64,000 nucleotides of DNA from Kudoa neothunni (Eukaryota > Animalia > Cnidaria): positions 137,770 through 201,769 of the forward strand of contig OZ199839.1 in NCBI GenBank assembly GCA_964304625.1, given 5' to 3'. Position 1 is the first letter of the stretch, and the number at the start of each line of letters is the position of its first letter. Below, in pieces: positions 40,777-54,573 of the stretch. The notes below the pieces were generated by a model. It saw nothing but the letters and a program-made list of their open reading frames with translations, was not told the origin of the DNA and ran no database searches. Position numbers and translations under genes: made by a program.

Positions 40777-42163
40777 ATGAAGTTGGATCGCTGTGTTCGG
40801 ACGTTCATAACTGAAGAACAGGTCAACACTGAAAATCTAGACTATCTAGGTATACTATCTAGAAAATTGGTCATACATGTAGGCTGGCAACGATAAAAAC
40901 ATAACAACCGGTTGTTGATAATCTATAGCAATTGGCCTAAGTTTGAACAACAACCTAAATATAAATGATATTTTTAGAAAATATCGAGTCCTGGGAATGC
41001 AAATTTGGCGAAAAAAGTCGTATTCACGAAATAGCGAGTTCATTAGGATTGACACAAAATGCGAGGGTAAGGAGCGATGGGATGTGATAGGCCTTTTAAA
41101 TTTGTTAGGCTGTGCGTCCTAATCATAATATGAACTCATCCACGGGAAACAAGGAGAAATCCACACTGTTTACTGACCAAATAAAGAAATGGATGATGGC
41201 CACATCTAATGCAGATCTTGAAACTGTAAAGGATCTTGTGGGGAGTTATCCTGATCTTATCAATACAAAGGATCCACTATGGGTATGGTTAATTCTTATT
41301 TTTTCCATTTGTTAATATTAATTTTTTAGGGAGTAATTTCAACTATTTTTATGATACTAGTTAATTAATATTTATATATCTTTAGATGGTAAAATTAATT
41401 AATTGATTTAAATTGAAACAAAAATTGTAGACAGCATTGCATTGGGCTATTAGAAATGACGATTATTTGATGGTGGAATATCTGTGTGATCACGAGGCTG
41501 ATATAAACAAAAAATCTGTATAATATGATTATTGTTTAGTTTGTATTTTGAATTAATATTTAGTTTACGGTAAGTTATTTGTGGAAGATAGTTTATTGGG
41601 ATTAATTTGATTGTGGATTAAGGGGGAAACCCCACTGCATTTAGCCGCTCGGCTGAGCCGACCAGTTATTTTTCGTTATCTCACAACTTTTTCAAGTAAC
41701 TCGATTCATTTATATGATTTTATGTAGCTTACCATTTGTAGATTTGGATTACAGTACTCTGGATAATCGAGGCCATAAGGCGGAGTCATTTGTACAAAAC
41801 ACAACACCAACCGATTTAAATATTTCCAAATGCTCTGAGGATACCAATTCTCAAGTGTCGTCAAACTTTGAAATTGATCTCTCTGAGATATATTCTAAAA
41901 GTTCTACTTATTTTGACCTTAGATATTCGCCCGAATTGTTCCAAATCTCGTTTGATAACGGTGGTAGAGATTTAAAAGTTATGGATTAATTTTTATTTGA
42001 ATGATTTAAAGATTGGCAAATGAAAACCTCAACCACTCACAAACAATCTAAACCATCCTTACAGTTACAGTACACGAAAAGTGTGGATGATCGAAAGAAT
42101 GGAGGCTTCAAAGGCTTGTTTAATAGATACCGTGAGAAATTCACCAAAAAATCCACCATATGA
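40777..42163 (+). CDS. SOWAH-like ankyrin-repeat protein, paralog A, with micro-exons
   Basis: Exons 41109-41282, 41330-41332, 41386-41388, 41431-41517, 41564-41569, 41623-41695, 41742-41960 and 42012-42163 give KKWMMATSNAD...YPDLINTKDPLW-G-M-TALHWAIRND...ADINKKS-FT-GETPLHLAA...LDNRGHKAESF. The start codon and first exons are tentative. Confidence 0.8.
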
Positions 42164-42442
42164 TGTTAACTGATTTTTATCTGCTTATACTTTTACAAAT
42201 ATATAGCTGTGGTGGTTTTTCTGCATTCGACTTATTAGAACATAGTTGCTAACTCCCTTTAATGTCGTTTATATAAGATTAATAATTAGCACTAACATCC
42301 TATCACTGGTTGTTTGATAGATCATCACACTGCGGTTTGTAGTTAAGGTAGAGGGATATAATAAATTGTATTTGGAGCCTTCACAGATCGAATTATTATA
42401 ATTTAATATATTTGATAGTAGTTGGAATTATATATAATTAAA

Positions 42443-43407
42443 ATGAACACTGAATCACAAGTTAGTCTCCTCACAGTAAAAAGTAACTCCAGGAATATGC
42501 TAGCTACTATATCAATGGAATCAATATTTTCGAAAAAGGTTTATTTTACAGCTAATTGATATAAACTTGTTTATTGCATCTAGCTCAACATGCTGGAGTA
42601 TGGGGAGAGATACGATTTTCTGGACAAAAAATGGATGGTGCTTTGCGCCGAGAACGACATCAAAGAGGTGAGAAATTTCCTCACTAGTTATCCCGATTAT
42701 ATCAACTTCAAAGATCCTGTGTGGGTGAGGTCTAATAATAATAATAATGTATTTTAATACAAAAAAATAAAGGGAGTATTTCTTTTACTATTTCGACAGC
42801 TTTCACTTTTATAGATGGTAATATAATGGTTCACTATATTATTTCATTGTTATTCTGCATAGACTATTCTCCATTGGGCTGTGAAGGAACACAACATTGA
42901 ACTTGTTCGAATGCTACTTCTTGCTGGGGCTGATATCAACCCAACTGATGTAGGTACCATTTGAAACGGAATAATTGTAATAATAATTTTTTTATAATTT
43001 AGAAACAAGTATTTTGTATCAACGTTGAACGTCTATTTAGATACATGTCTAGGGAAGAACACCACTTCATTATTCTGTCATTTATAGATTCCAGGAAATA
43101 GAAGAAATTCTGACGTCCTCACCTGGTATATCAATTAAAAATTGATAATTAATGAGTCAAAAATCTAAATTATTTAATGCTATCGTAATGAAAATTTTTG
43201 GATAAACGATAAATTATAGATTGTGACTCTCGAATAGAAGATTTCAACTCAAATAAACCGAAACAATACTCACAACTGAGAAAAATGTCGACTAAAAGTT
43301 ATTACTGTAAACATCCCACTCTAAATAAACCAAAGGGACGCCACAAAAAACTGAAGAAATTCTGCAAAATACTCTCCCTACGGAGAAGTCAAACAAATAG
43401 ATATTGA
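42443..43407 (+). CDS. SOWAH-like ankyrin-repeat protein, paralog B, with micro-exons; missed entirely by the ORF track
   Basis: Exons 42443-42538, 42584-42724, 42773-42775, 42815-42817, 42863-42949, 43003-43008, 43053-43125 and 43220-43407 are all in phase: KKWMVLCAEND...YPDYINFKDPVW-G-M-TILHWAVKEH...GADINPTD-KQ-GRTPLHYS...IEDFNSNKPKQY. Confidence 0.85.
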
Positions 43408-43879
43408 CTATGAGAACTTATTAAATTAAATAAGTAGAAACTTAATAATTTTATGAAAAAAGTTTGTTGAATCCCTCTGATATCCAGATTATTTTTAAAT
43501 ACAATGTTTTCCCGAATATAAGACAGGTCGTATAATATATTTTGGTTTAATAAAGAGCATTAGATCTTTTTTTAAGTAGGTCTTATATTTGTGTCAGGAA
43601 AAACTTTCTATGTATTATTTAGCTAATGTAACTGAATTTAATTTTTTTTTAAATAGATAGAACAATATTTTTATTATTATTAATTACTCGAAAAATTACA
43701 TTGTTGGAGATATTTTGTCATATAATTCAAAATATCTAGACTTTTAGTATCTTAATAGTTTATATTTTCGAAGTAGATCTTATAATTAGGGTTTGCAATT
43801 TTCGACGACTATAATTATTTTGAGTGGCTACCAGTTAAAATAGAGATGAACCGTTAAAATGAAGCATCGAAACCATTGA

Positions 43880-44820
43880 AGCGCGTTCTTTTAGAATTTT
43901 TATAATTTAATTTCGAAAATCTTGGTTCTAAAGCGATAGATAAATGGGTAATGCCAACAAATTCAACGAAAGTTTTGACAACAAGGAGAAAATATTGGAT
44001 TTTTCCCTCCAGAAGTCTATAGTGATAGAAGGATGATTTGAATCCTTAAGCGCCTTACGAAGGAAATTGTATTCATCTCTAAGGATAACTTTGTCTTTAG
44101 TCCCTATTAAATAACAAAGATCATCAATATGTACATTTTCAATTGATAATGGCGTTGCTGGATCAATGTTTTTTATTGTTTTAAAGAAAATGGCTGATGG
44201 AAAACAATAATTAATTCTATTTGATATAAAACCCAGGAGTTTTTCGATGATGCTTCCGCGAAAAGATTCAATTTTATTGATAAAATTAGTTCTAATCTCA
44301 AATGGAAGAAATCCAAGATTATCTTTGTGATCATTCCAAAATCATTATTCATTCAGTCAATTATAGTTGAGAAAAAAAATTATCGTTTGTTTCAGTATGT
44401 TCCGAAAATTCAACCAACGGCGTAAGTTCATCAATTAACACAGTGACAGAAAGAAATAAGACATTGACATTTTCCAAATTCTACAGGTTTAACTTCATTT
44501 AGAAAATCAACAACAGCTGGGTAATATTCTTGTATTTGCTTTAAGCAATTGTATAAGCTATACCAACGGATATCCGTGACACGAGGAATTTCTTTGACTT
44601 TTTCAAAATTGTTGTTCTTGAGATGAATCAGAAATGTTCTCTTTGCATTTCTATTCTTTGACAGAATAGATGAAAACTTCATGCAGAATTATTTAATATC
44701 CAAGAAATATTTGTCTGCAGCTTTTCGGACAGCAATGTGGATACATTTCCTTCAAATCTTTGATAAATTTTTTCATATATGACGTTGTAAGCTGTTGCTG
44801 TAAACAACGTAGCGAAATCC
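43880..44820 (-). mobile_element. Decayed hAT transposase
   Basis: VTDIRWYSLYNCLKQI resembles the hAT TRWNS.Y.ML motif, and downstream FWREN...LSKLSLNLLALP resembles the hATC dimerisation domain. Confidence 0.6.
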
Positions 44821-47057
44821 ATATAACGCTTAGTTTTCAAATGATACTTTGGCTTATTTTTGAAGTATTTTAGGGTTCAATTATTTGTGAGGAAAATGTT
44901 TTTTAAAATAAGAGATTTTTAACTTTAATTTAAGCAGTAGTGAGTGATATTACCGATGTAAAAATAAGGTAATGGCTGTTGTGAAACTTTGCTGGTAAAT
45001 TTTAATATTTTCAATAATTAACAATAATAAATAATAATGAGCTTTTAATATTTCTAAATGACTTTATGTATGATATTTAAAATTTTAAACCATATTCCTA
45101 GATTTTCGGAGCATTTTATTAAACATGTTCCAACCTTAAATACTTCGATATAGATATCATATTCACATTTTACGTAATTAATTCTTATTAAATAATTTAA
45201 CAAATTAGATTATTTTTTGACATAAATAAATTTTTAACTCATTTTTGTATATATTAATAGTATTAATTACGATGATAATTGTTGGGTATCGTGACCAGCA
45301 GTACGGTATCTGTTGAAGAAACCAAAAACGATTTCATGGGAACCAGAATTATCAGACGGACGTACTCCGACCTCCAATAAGTGAGTAATGCAGTTAATTA
45401 CAACATGGCACAATTAAAACCTGGGTAAAAATCACATAGAAATACCCAGAGGTGAATATACACATATTCGGCAATCGGGTGTAGGACCCGCCTCTTGGAT
45501 ACATTACTTTGGGACAACATTGAATCAGTTTTTGGCGCCCCTCATCGCATATAACGTTGCATTTTTGCATAAATTAGCATTCCTTTTTTTGAGTCTCCTC
45601 AATTGTTTTCTTTCTACCGCGTTCACTCGAGGATACAACAACAGTCACTAAGGTGTGATTCAATAATCATTTTATTTCTATTTAATTATATTTGAACATC
45701 AAATTCATGTAATTATTAGTAATTTCACGTTGGCTGAAAATTTACGATTCAGAGTTAACGAAAAGTAATAAATAATTACGAAATAATTGTATTTTATACA
45801 ATTTGGATACAGAGCACATCTCAACCCATTTTATGATGGCTATATGTGCATTTCCAAATAAAATATGGAATAATTTTAAACGGTTTTATTCTTTTCTTTA
45901 AGAAACGAAACGAATGACTTCAAATTATCATCATTTTCATCACAAAAAAAAAAGGCTACACGGATCAACCGAAAAATACATTATGTGGTAGTCACGTGAT
46001 CTAATGAATTAATAATTTCACTATAAAATAAAAAATAAATTATGAAAATTTCCCATCGTTATTATGATAAAAATATTATACTAAATAATAAAAATTACGA
46101 ATCTAGCTAATTAATAAAATTCCTCATTATCGGTTACATTAATTGTATTAGATTTTCTTGTTTTTAATTTTTTATCTAATGTGTGATTCGAATTCTTGTA
46201 TTAAAAACGATTGAAAAAGTGAGATTTGTTATCAAACGTATATACATATGCTACTTCAGGTGTTATTATGTATCACAGGAATTGGTGTTATTTTATGGTG
46301 TTATAAAAAGTATGGTTGCCTCTCTTCTATTAAATGAAAAAGAAGCTATCATTACGTTAGAGAAAAAGAATTAAAGGAGATAGAATCAGCTTTTGTCATC
46401 TGATCAACACCGGAAAATTGACAGGGATGTCCGGCGAGGGGACTGTGACTCCGGAGGTCACGAGTTCAAAACCCTTATCGATACTATTTGCACGACCATT
46501 GTTTCTATAGTACGGGCTACAATTATTCAATTTATTTGTGTTTTCGGAATGTATGCTCATTATTGATGCAACAAAACTGCAGATATATAATTCGGTCCGA
46601 TCCAATGAGGAAAGTCCATAATAAACAAAAATACTGAAAGGCTAAGGAACCATCGCCATCAAAAAAATAAAGTTTGAGATGACATGGTTAGCGGGTTATA
46701 TTCTCACATACTGCGAACGAAAGATTAAGTTAGAAGTTACATCATACAACTGCTTGCAGTATTTAGTGCGTTTGTGGATACAGCTAGACCAGACATATCC
46801 CCACTGTCTATGACAAACAGCTAACTTCACAAAATGATCTAAATATTTTCAACCTAAAAGATTGCTTTCAGCTGATTTAATCTGTTAAATATGACTGCAA
46901 ACATGGTATGATGCGGTGCACATCTCTACTTATTATCAATTATTATTAACACTAGAAAATGCGAAAAAACAACACAAGACTACCATTATACATAAAACAC
47001 AAAACAGAGCCAAAAATCGGTGGTAGACCAGAAACGTTTTATAAATACTGTAGAAAA

Positions 47058-50000
47058 TCATTTTGCCAAAATCTCAAGGATTTCATCTTGATTAAGCGAC
47101 TCTTTCAATTCGAGTTGTTTCACCAACTAAAAAAAGTATTATTAATGCATAATAGAAACAGATAATAATCAATTACCTGGAAATATTTAACTTCATTATC
47201 GGTGATAATTTTGAGAGTCTTTTTGTAGGCCTCTTCTATCAACTCTAATACGCGTGAATCCAATTTGGTGGCCAATGATTTGTCGAACAAATGAGCATGA
47301 CCGATATCGGGAACCAAACTATTTTCCAACGAAGGAAAACAGGCATTTTGCATAACTGTATTGTCCATACCATAGACACCAATCTAAAAGAATTGGTATT
47401 AATTGATTTTTTTGACGGTAAAACTAGTTGATACATATGAATAGGCGAGTCTGGTAACTTTCTGTAGATCGTCCATTGCGCCGGTTGTTATTTTACCGAT
47501 AAATTTGTGTTCCGCTACTCTTCCTCCAAGTAGTGCAACCATTTGTGACATCAGCTAAATCACGTTATTACAGGCGTATATTAGTGAATGCGAAAAAAAT
47601 TATAAAAGTTTTGATAAGAAAAATAATTAATTTTTAGACAGCGGGATGAAATGAGATAGCAAGAGAAACGCTCACCTCACGACGAGTGACCATGTATTGA
47701 TCTTTGGGTATGAACAAGTTGTAACCAAGCGCTTTACCTCTTGGAACAATAGATATCTATACGCGCATTTAGACGATAACACAATGAAATCGAAGAATAG
47801 ACAAACCTTTCCAATGCGCGTAGGATCAGCTCCAAAATAACTAGCAATAGCATGACCGGATTCGTGGATCGCAATAGTATGCTTCTCTTCTGGGGAATAT
47901 TTTTTGAGATTGCTACTGCCAGCAACAACCCGATCAATAGCGTTATCAAAATCGCTCGGCTGCACAAATGTAGCGTTGTTTCTAACAGCCAACATTGCAG
48001 CTTCATTACAAATATTAGCTATATCAGCACCACTGAAACTTGCAGTAGAATCAGCTAGTCTTGAGGCAAGTTGTTTCAGTTTAGTAGTATCATTTCGGTC
48101 GATAAGTTTTATTTGTTTTAGGTAGTGTTCAAACAGCTCCTCACGACCTTTCTTATCAGGTTCGGTCAAATGTATGTGTCGATCAAAACGACCAGGGCGA
48201 AGTAATGCCTTGTCGATGGAATCAAGTCGATTTGTAGCCGCTATGACAACCACTCTACTGTCGGTTGTAAAACCATCCATCTCAACTAGAATCTGATTGA
48301 CAGTGGAATCGTTTTCGCGATGACCAGCCAATGATTTTCCCTCGCGACTTGTGGCTATGGAATCGATCTCATCGATGAAAATAATGCATGGAGCGTTCGA
48401 TTTTGCCACCTTGAATAAAGATCTAATGTGGTAGGCCCCCATTCCAACCAAACTTTGAACGAAATCCGAACCAGTTGTCTGATACAATGGTACACCACAT
48501 TCATTGGCTAATGCTTTAGCAAGGAGTGTTTTACCAGTACCCGGAGGGCCATACAATATGGCGCCCTAACAAGAAAAATTTTACTGATTTATACAATAAT
48601 CTTAAGCTAATTTAGTGATTGTCTAATGGAATGGTATAACTTAGAATATTGTGACGGTTTGTACAAAATAAACCTTTAATTGCATGTCAACATGGACGAA
48701 TGCCATTTATTCTTTCTATATCTCCTGTTTATATAGATATTTCTATTTCTATAAATGGATAATTTTTCGTTTATTTTAATGTTCCAAAAATGATTTAATA
48801 TTAAATGATGCCATGAGCATGTGTTTTATTTAATCTTCGTACCATCCACTTATCGGTTACATATACGATCGAACCTAGATTATCCGGAAGATATTTTAAA
48901 TTTTATTTCGATTTTATTGAAATTACGTCTCGATAAATGTTCGATTATCCGGAATCTCGGAAACCGTAACAACTATTTAATCATAATTTGGGATAAAAAT
49001 ACCGCCAATCACCGTACGACATATAGCGCATATAGCAATGTAATATTTAACCCTTTCGTACCCCAATTTTTTATTTTATTTCATGATTTTTTATATATAT
49101 TACAGGAACTCAATATTTTAAATTGTATGATTTTATTGTGATAGAAATTAATTAGACGTATAGTTTCAGCTGTTTTTAATGTGGGTACTAGAGTGGACAT
49201 TTGGCATGAAAGGGTTAAAACAAAAATATTTATAGGTTAATTGTTTATAAGTTTTTCTTTAAAACCTAAGTTAAGCACTCAGTTCTTATATAAATTTCGA
49301 CTATATCTGAACATATGCTCTTATGTATATTAAACAAAAATTAATTATCGATTATTTAAAAAAGTATACTGCTCCTCTCCCATAGTTGTGTATTGTTTTT
49401 GGTTTTACCTTCCGAGCGCTTCAAATTCGACTATACACTTATACACTTAGTGCTTTTGGGATCTATTAGACCCACTTTTTTCTTTAATATTATGAATGTA
49501 AATAATTTTTAAAATTTCATCATGCAAAAATAAAAAAATTCTATCGACAAAATAGCACAATATTGGCAAAAAACATGATTGGCGAAAGTTTTCCGATACC
49601 ACCCAAATAATGTTTAGGGCTTATATATTCTTGTTAAATAAATTTTTACGAAATATTATTTGAGATTAACTCTCGAAAATATTAAAAATAATATTTTATC
49701 AATTATTTCATATATAATTAATTAGATTAAAGCATTACGACACAGCAAATAGTTATCAACAAAATGGACTAAAAAGGTCTCCAACGTTCAACTTAATCAC
49801 CCCTACAAATTTAAACATACGAATAACAGCGCGCGCAAAAATCTTTTTATTTAAATCCCTTTGGTTTGTATTTCTAGACTGCACACAATTATCATTGCTG
49901 GCTCGTAATATTAAAACTGACCCATACAAGTTTAATCTTAGGAATGGGACGCACGCGCAAATCAATATTTGTATTTCATATGATTTATTTGAATGTGCTA

Positions 50001-51411
50001 TTTTTACTGTATATGTTTCAGAATCTGCTGCCGTTAATTTATTCGGGCTCAATATCACATACATATGACAATAAATGATCCACAATAGTCGTAATAATTA
50101 GCATTCCAAAAGTTTAATCTAATTTATATTCGCGCATGCGCGGGTAGTGAAAAATTTCGATTTAAAATTCCCGCCTCGCAACATTTTACGAATAAAATAC
50201 AAATAAACTGCACAAATAATTTTATTTTATTGGACACTTGAAAGTGTAGATGGATTTAAATAAAAAATAAAACTCAACTAAAATTAATCCCCCCAAGAGT
50301 TATTTCAAAAATTAATGGCCATTCGAATTTAATAATAATAATAATTATGGTATTATTAAATTGTAAAAAAATGTTAATACCTTTGGAGTTTTTGCTCCCA
50401 TTTTTTTGTAGTACTCGTTGTTGGTAAGAAAATCCGAAAATTCCTTCACCTCGATTTTGGCTTCATTGCATCCAAGCACATCACTAAATTTCACGTTGGT
50501 TTTGGTTGGTTGGTACATTGGATTTTCGGAGAAACGGCCCTATAACATAAAACACATCGATTACATTCGGAATAAATCAAACAGCCAAGCTACAAGTATG
50601 TCTTGAAATTTGAATGCACTTTTCGTCCTCGGGAAAAACATGAACCCCAATATAATTCCCATTACCATAACGGAATAGTACAAATAACTTAAAACCATAG
50701 AAACCGCTGTTGGTCTAAATCAATATCAATGTTGACATCGACAAAAACACACATCACATACAAACTATTATCGTTATAGACAAAGCTCAAATTCTTAAGG
50801 AGATCCACTTGTTCGTTGGCCATTTGGAAAATTTTATCGTAAAAGCTGTTCAAACTGCCCAAACTGATGGGTATCATTTCGCCCATTCGAGACGATAACG
50901 CGTCATTTACAACAGCGAAGCATTTACCAGAAGAACTGTTTATTATCAATGTGACTTTTCTACCTTTTCGAATGTAATCGTCGACAAAGTTTGTCCATGT
51001 CATTTCTTGTTGATCGGCATTATCTCTGAGCGAATTCAAAAATCCAAACACACCAGCCCCAATCATAACAACAAGAAAACGTCCTATTAGGGGCATTTTT
51101 TCACGAATTTTCTGTTGTGGTTCATCGAATTCATCCTTGTTGTAATCTTGGGGTTTGTCATTATTATTGCTGCGATTTGTGGTAGTTTTATCATTTGAAG
51201 ATTGATTTTTTGTAGAAAAATCTTTCTTGTCTTTGGTCTCACTGCCGGGAACATTATTTTGAATTCGATTTTGACTACATTTCACATAGCGACTTATTCC
51301 AATCACATATTTATCTGTTAGATATGAGGCTGTGAATAGATTGGGCTGGGGTTTATATTGCAAATTTTTTAAATGGTGCAACCATTTTGTTGTTGAACTC
51401 AATCTGAGCAT
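47058..51411 (-). CDS. AFG3L2: Mitochondrial m-AAA protease subunit (AFG3L2/paraplegin family, FtsH-like)
   Basis: Basic presequence-like N-terminus, two TM segments, [14 protein letters not shown]...GAKTPK|[46 protein letters not shown] zinc motif and [13 protein letters not shown]. An intron of about 1.8 kb spans 48567-50380; stop at 47058-47060. AFG3L2 is favoured over SPG7 on motif wording only. Confidence 0.9.
49051..49214. mobile_element. 164-bp piggyBac-type MITE (family B) in the AFG3L2 intron
   Basis: TTAA|CCCTTTCGTACC ... GGCATGAAAGGG|TTAA. Confidence 0.85.
49408..49510. mobile_element. Diverged piggyBac terminus of the same family as 60-132
   Basis: CCTTCCGAGCGCTTCAAATTCGACTATACAC aligns with the reverse complement of 95-128. 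Confidence 0.7.
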
Positions 51412-51593
51412 AAATAATAATGCGTGTTAACGTCTAGCGGCGTGCGCAGTATACAATGATAATTTGTTTTAGCATTTGTTGGATATTTTTGGATTTTTCG
51501 TACAAACTAAAAATTTCTTTGTGTCCATATTCAATTTAAGTTTTCGAATGTCCCCAAGGTAGAATTGTTCAAACTACAAAAACAAATAACTTT

Positions 51594-51605
51594 TGCGCAT
51601 GCGCA
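51594..51605. promoter_or_regulatory. Perfect NRF-1-type palindrome upstream of AFG3L2
   Basis: TGCGCATGCGCA, 183 bp upstream of the ATG, in very AT-rich context. Confidence 0.55.
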
Positions 51606-51690
51606 TGCTTGGATCCTCGTTAAGGTGATTTAAATGCATTGTCTTTTTAGGACTTGAAAGAATAACTTAAGGAATTTTAAACTTATCTAG

Positions 51691-51930
51691 CCCTTAAAAG
51701 CTAACTCCGAGCTCCGTTATACCGCTTTTATATTATCTTGCGTATACATTTTATTGCTAAAATAGTTATATTTTGTGTAATTTTGTCAGAATTTAATTTA
51801 CAATTCTGTAAAAATATTACCAATTTACTGATACATTAAGTTGAATCAAATTCACAGCAAAAGTACACATAATATAACAATTTTCATGACAAAATAATAA
51901 ATAGATGGACACGTAGAGCTCAAGGTTAGC
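51691..51930. mobile_element. piggyBac-derived MITE, family A copy 3 (old, diverged)
   Basis: CCCTTAAAAGCTAAC start, shared internal GTTATATTTTGTGTA..TCAGAATTT, and ACAAAATAATA...TGGACACG...GGTTAGC near the end. Confidence 0.7.
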
Positions 51931-52318
51931 TTTTCTAAGTGTACTTTAGCGTACTTTAGTTGAAGATAACTTTTAAATTATTCCGGAAATGATAAAGTAA
52001 AAAAAACAACCTTTTAACGTTATATAACTATTTAAAGCAATATCTTCAAAAATTCTGCTCTTAATAAATATAAATCAGATAAATCGTTACTATACTTTCT
52101 AAAGCAGTGTTTCTCTCCAAATTTTACAATCGTACTCCCATGCCAATATCCATGTGAAAGTCAAGGCTTAATTTTACTTATTATTTAAATGCGAAAATAA
52201 TAATACCAGTAAAAACGGTTTAAAATTATACGTTCTATTATTTTAAATGATATTTTAATTTTCTGAATTATTTTTAAAATGAATTAATTGAAAAAGAAAA
52301 ACTTATCTTTTCCTCCCT

Positions 52319-52370
52319 CATAACATGACATGACATGACATGACATGACATAACATAACGTAACATAACA
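52319..52370. repeat. Pentanucleotide microsatellite (CATGA/CATAA)n
   Basis: About 10 imperfect units read directly. Confidence 0.9.
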
Positions 52371-52732
52371 CTCAACAATTGAAACTATTATTAATTCCCG
52401 CTTGAAGATACCATTTTTATGTAAAGTAATAAATAATTCTAATTAAAAAATGTTATCACACTTATATCGAAATAGTAGAAAACAAATTTATATAAAAGTA
52501 ATATTAAATTATGGTGATAAAAAATATAATCACTCGATTAAGTTCTGTATTTAAAGGAGAAATTTAAAGAAGTCAAATAAATATATCTAATTCATATACT
52601 TCATAAAATAATCACCATTTCGAGAAAATATTATTTGGAATCTAATTGATCTGACGACTTTCTCGGTTTTGCAGGTTTTTGATAAATAATTCAATGCGTG
52701 GCACATTGTTACTCAATGATACTTGCAAATCG

Positions 52733-52763
52733 TGTGTGTGTGTGTGTGTGTGGGGGGGGGGGG
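52733..52763. repeat. (GT)n followed by a G run
   Basis: Read directly. Confidence 0.9.
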
Positions 52764-54573
52764 TTCGGGTAATTTTCGATACTTTTTATTAGTATACAAT
52801 AAAGTCGAGAAGCCTGCTCATATACAATCTTGTGCTAGATAAATCCAACGAATTCATTATTCTATATTGGGTCATATCTTAATTTAAACTTTGTGGCAAT
52901 GGGTTAAGAAAAATTCAGAAAATTCAAAACAGATTCCTTCTTAATGTACCCGAATATAAATCATTTATATACTCTGTTAAAATTGACATTCATTTGTTTA
53001 AATATATAAATGAATTATCCTATTTTTGTTGTACCAACATTTTTAAAGACAAACTGGCCAAAATTCATGTCAGAGACTTCGTACAGATCCCAGCATAAAA
53101 CTTAAAATGCAACATAATAAGGAATATACAATTAAATGATGGATATCGAATTTAGACAGGAAAAAATGTTCGAACCACATCGTGGTTTTATTTGTAGTGG
53201 TATAAGCTTGTTCTAAGTAGATAAAATGCTGACAACCTAATTAGATTTTAAGCATATAAATATGTTACCTTAAAAGATTACAAAGTTACGATTTTACATG
53301 AAAATATCTAGTGCTAGACTTTGTATGTTTAATAGGCTTAATATAAACTATTACTTTACTGAGCCATTTTGTAGAATTAGGTAAAATAAACAAATTGGTA
53401 ACAAAATAACCAATAAGATTATTACACACATTACGTCCTTACATGATTTAAACGGGGACTAACGAAAATTACGACATGAATATATTAAGACTAATTTTTA
53501 AGTTTATTCTAGAACGACTCCCGCATCGCCAATAGCAGCTTTTCTTCACCCCCTGTAGGAAAACACTGCTCTACACTAACCTTGTTGTAGTTTCGATTTA
53601 TATGGGATGAATTTTTGTTGAACTATTTTTTATAAATTTAATTCGTTTTGATATGTAATGGTAAATCAAGTGATTAAAAATAATGAACCAAATAGGATTA
53701 AAACTATTAAAAAATAATTATTATGTCTATCAAGATGCGTGCGTTTTTTACAATTAATAAATAAATTAATTGTAAGAAATCTTTTAGCTTTTTGGCATTT
53801 ATTCTTACTATCAGGAAAAATTATTCAAATTTGTAATGAATGATTATGCGCTTATTTTATGGATCATAATTATCTGCCGCTCAAAGTAAGCACTAATCAG
53901 GAAATATTTTTAGATAGGCATTCCTAGCAAACCTCAGCTGTAATAAATAAAATTTCACATAGAATAGGGGAAAGAAATTTCGTGCACTCGAGGCCCTAAA
54001 CAATTATATTTTAATTACGAGCTAAAAAAATTAGGAAAATTTTTAATCCTCTTTTTTCTAAAACCATTGCTATTATTGTTATTAAACTCTTGTTGACATC
54101 GTTATTTTAAAAGTCGCCCCATATTTTCATCATAAGAATAAAATTTTGAAAACAAAAATTTCAAAATACGTGATATAATTTTGTAAGAGAGTATTCAAAA
54201 TCATTCGATGAGGAGAATAGATAACCTAAAACAATGTTATCTCGATAGTCCTTATTATACATAAGTTATAATGTGGGTTTATTCCCTGTTACGATGATAG
54301 ACGAGAATCAAATTATGTAATACAAAGGTGATTCTCAATTAATTTAATTTAAAAAAGAATGGATAAAGTGAAAAATTTGCTCAATAAGACCCCATATCCG
54401 TATTCTATTGTTTTAAGCGATTCGGCTATTCGCAAAAAATTATAAATTATTTATTGATTTAATCGCAGCGGTGTAGATCGGCATAATTATCACTCGGGTG
54501 CAGTATCACAGTGATTCTCTGTTTGGTGCGGTGCTTGGGAGTCACTAATTTTGAAAAATTTTTGTATTATCAA

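Noticed and set aside
46396-46930. Possible small minus-strand gene downstream of AFG3L2
   Set aside because: Intron-like GT..AG segments exist, but the candidate exons do not join in a consistent open frame.
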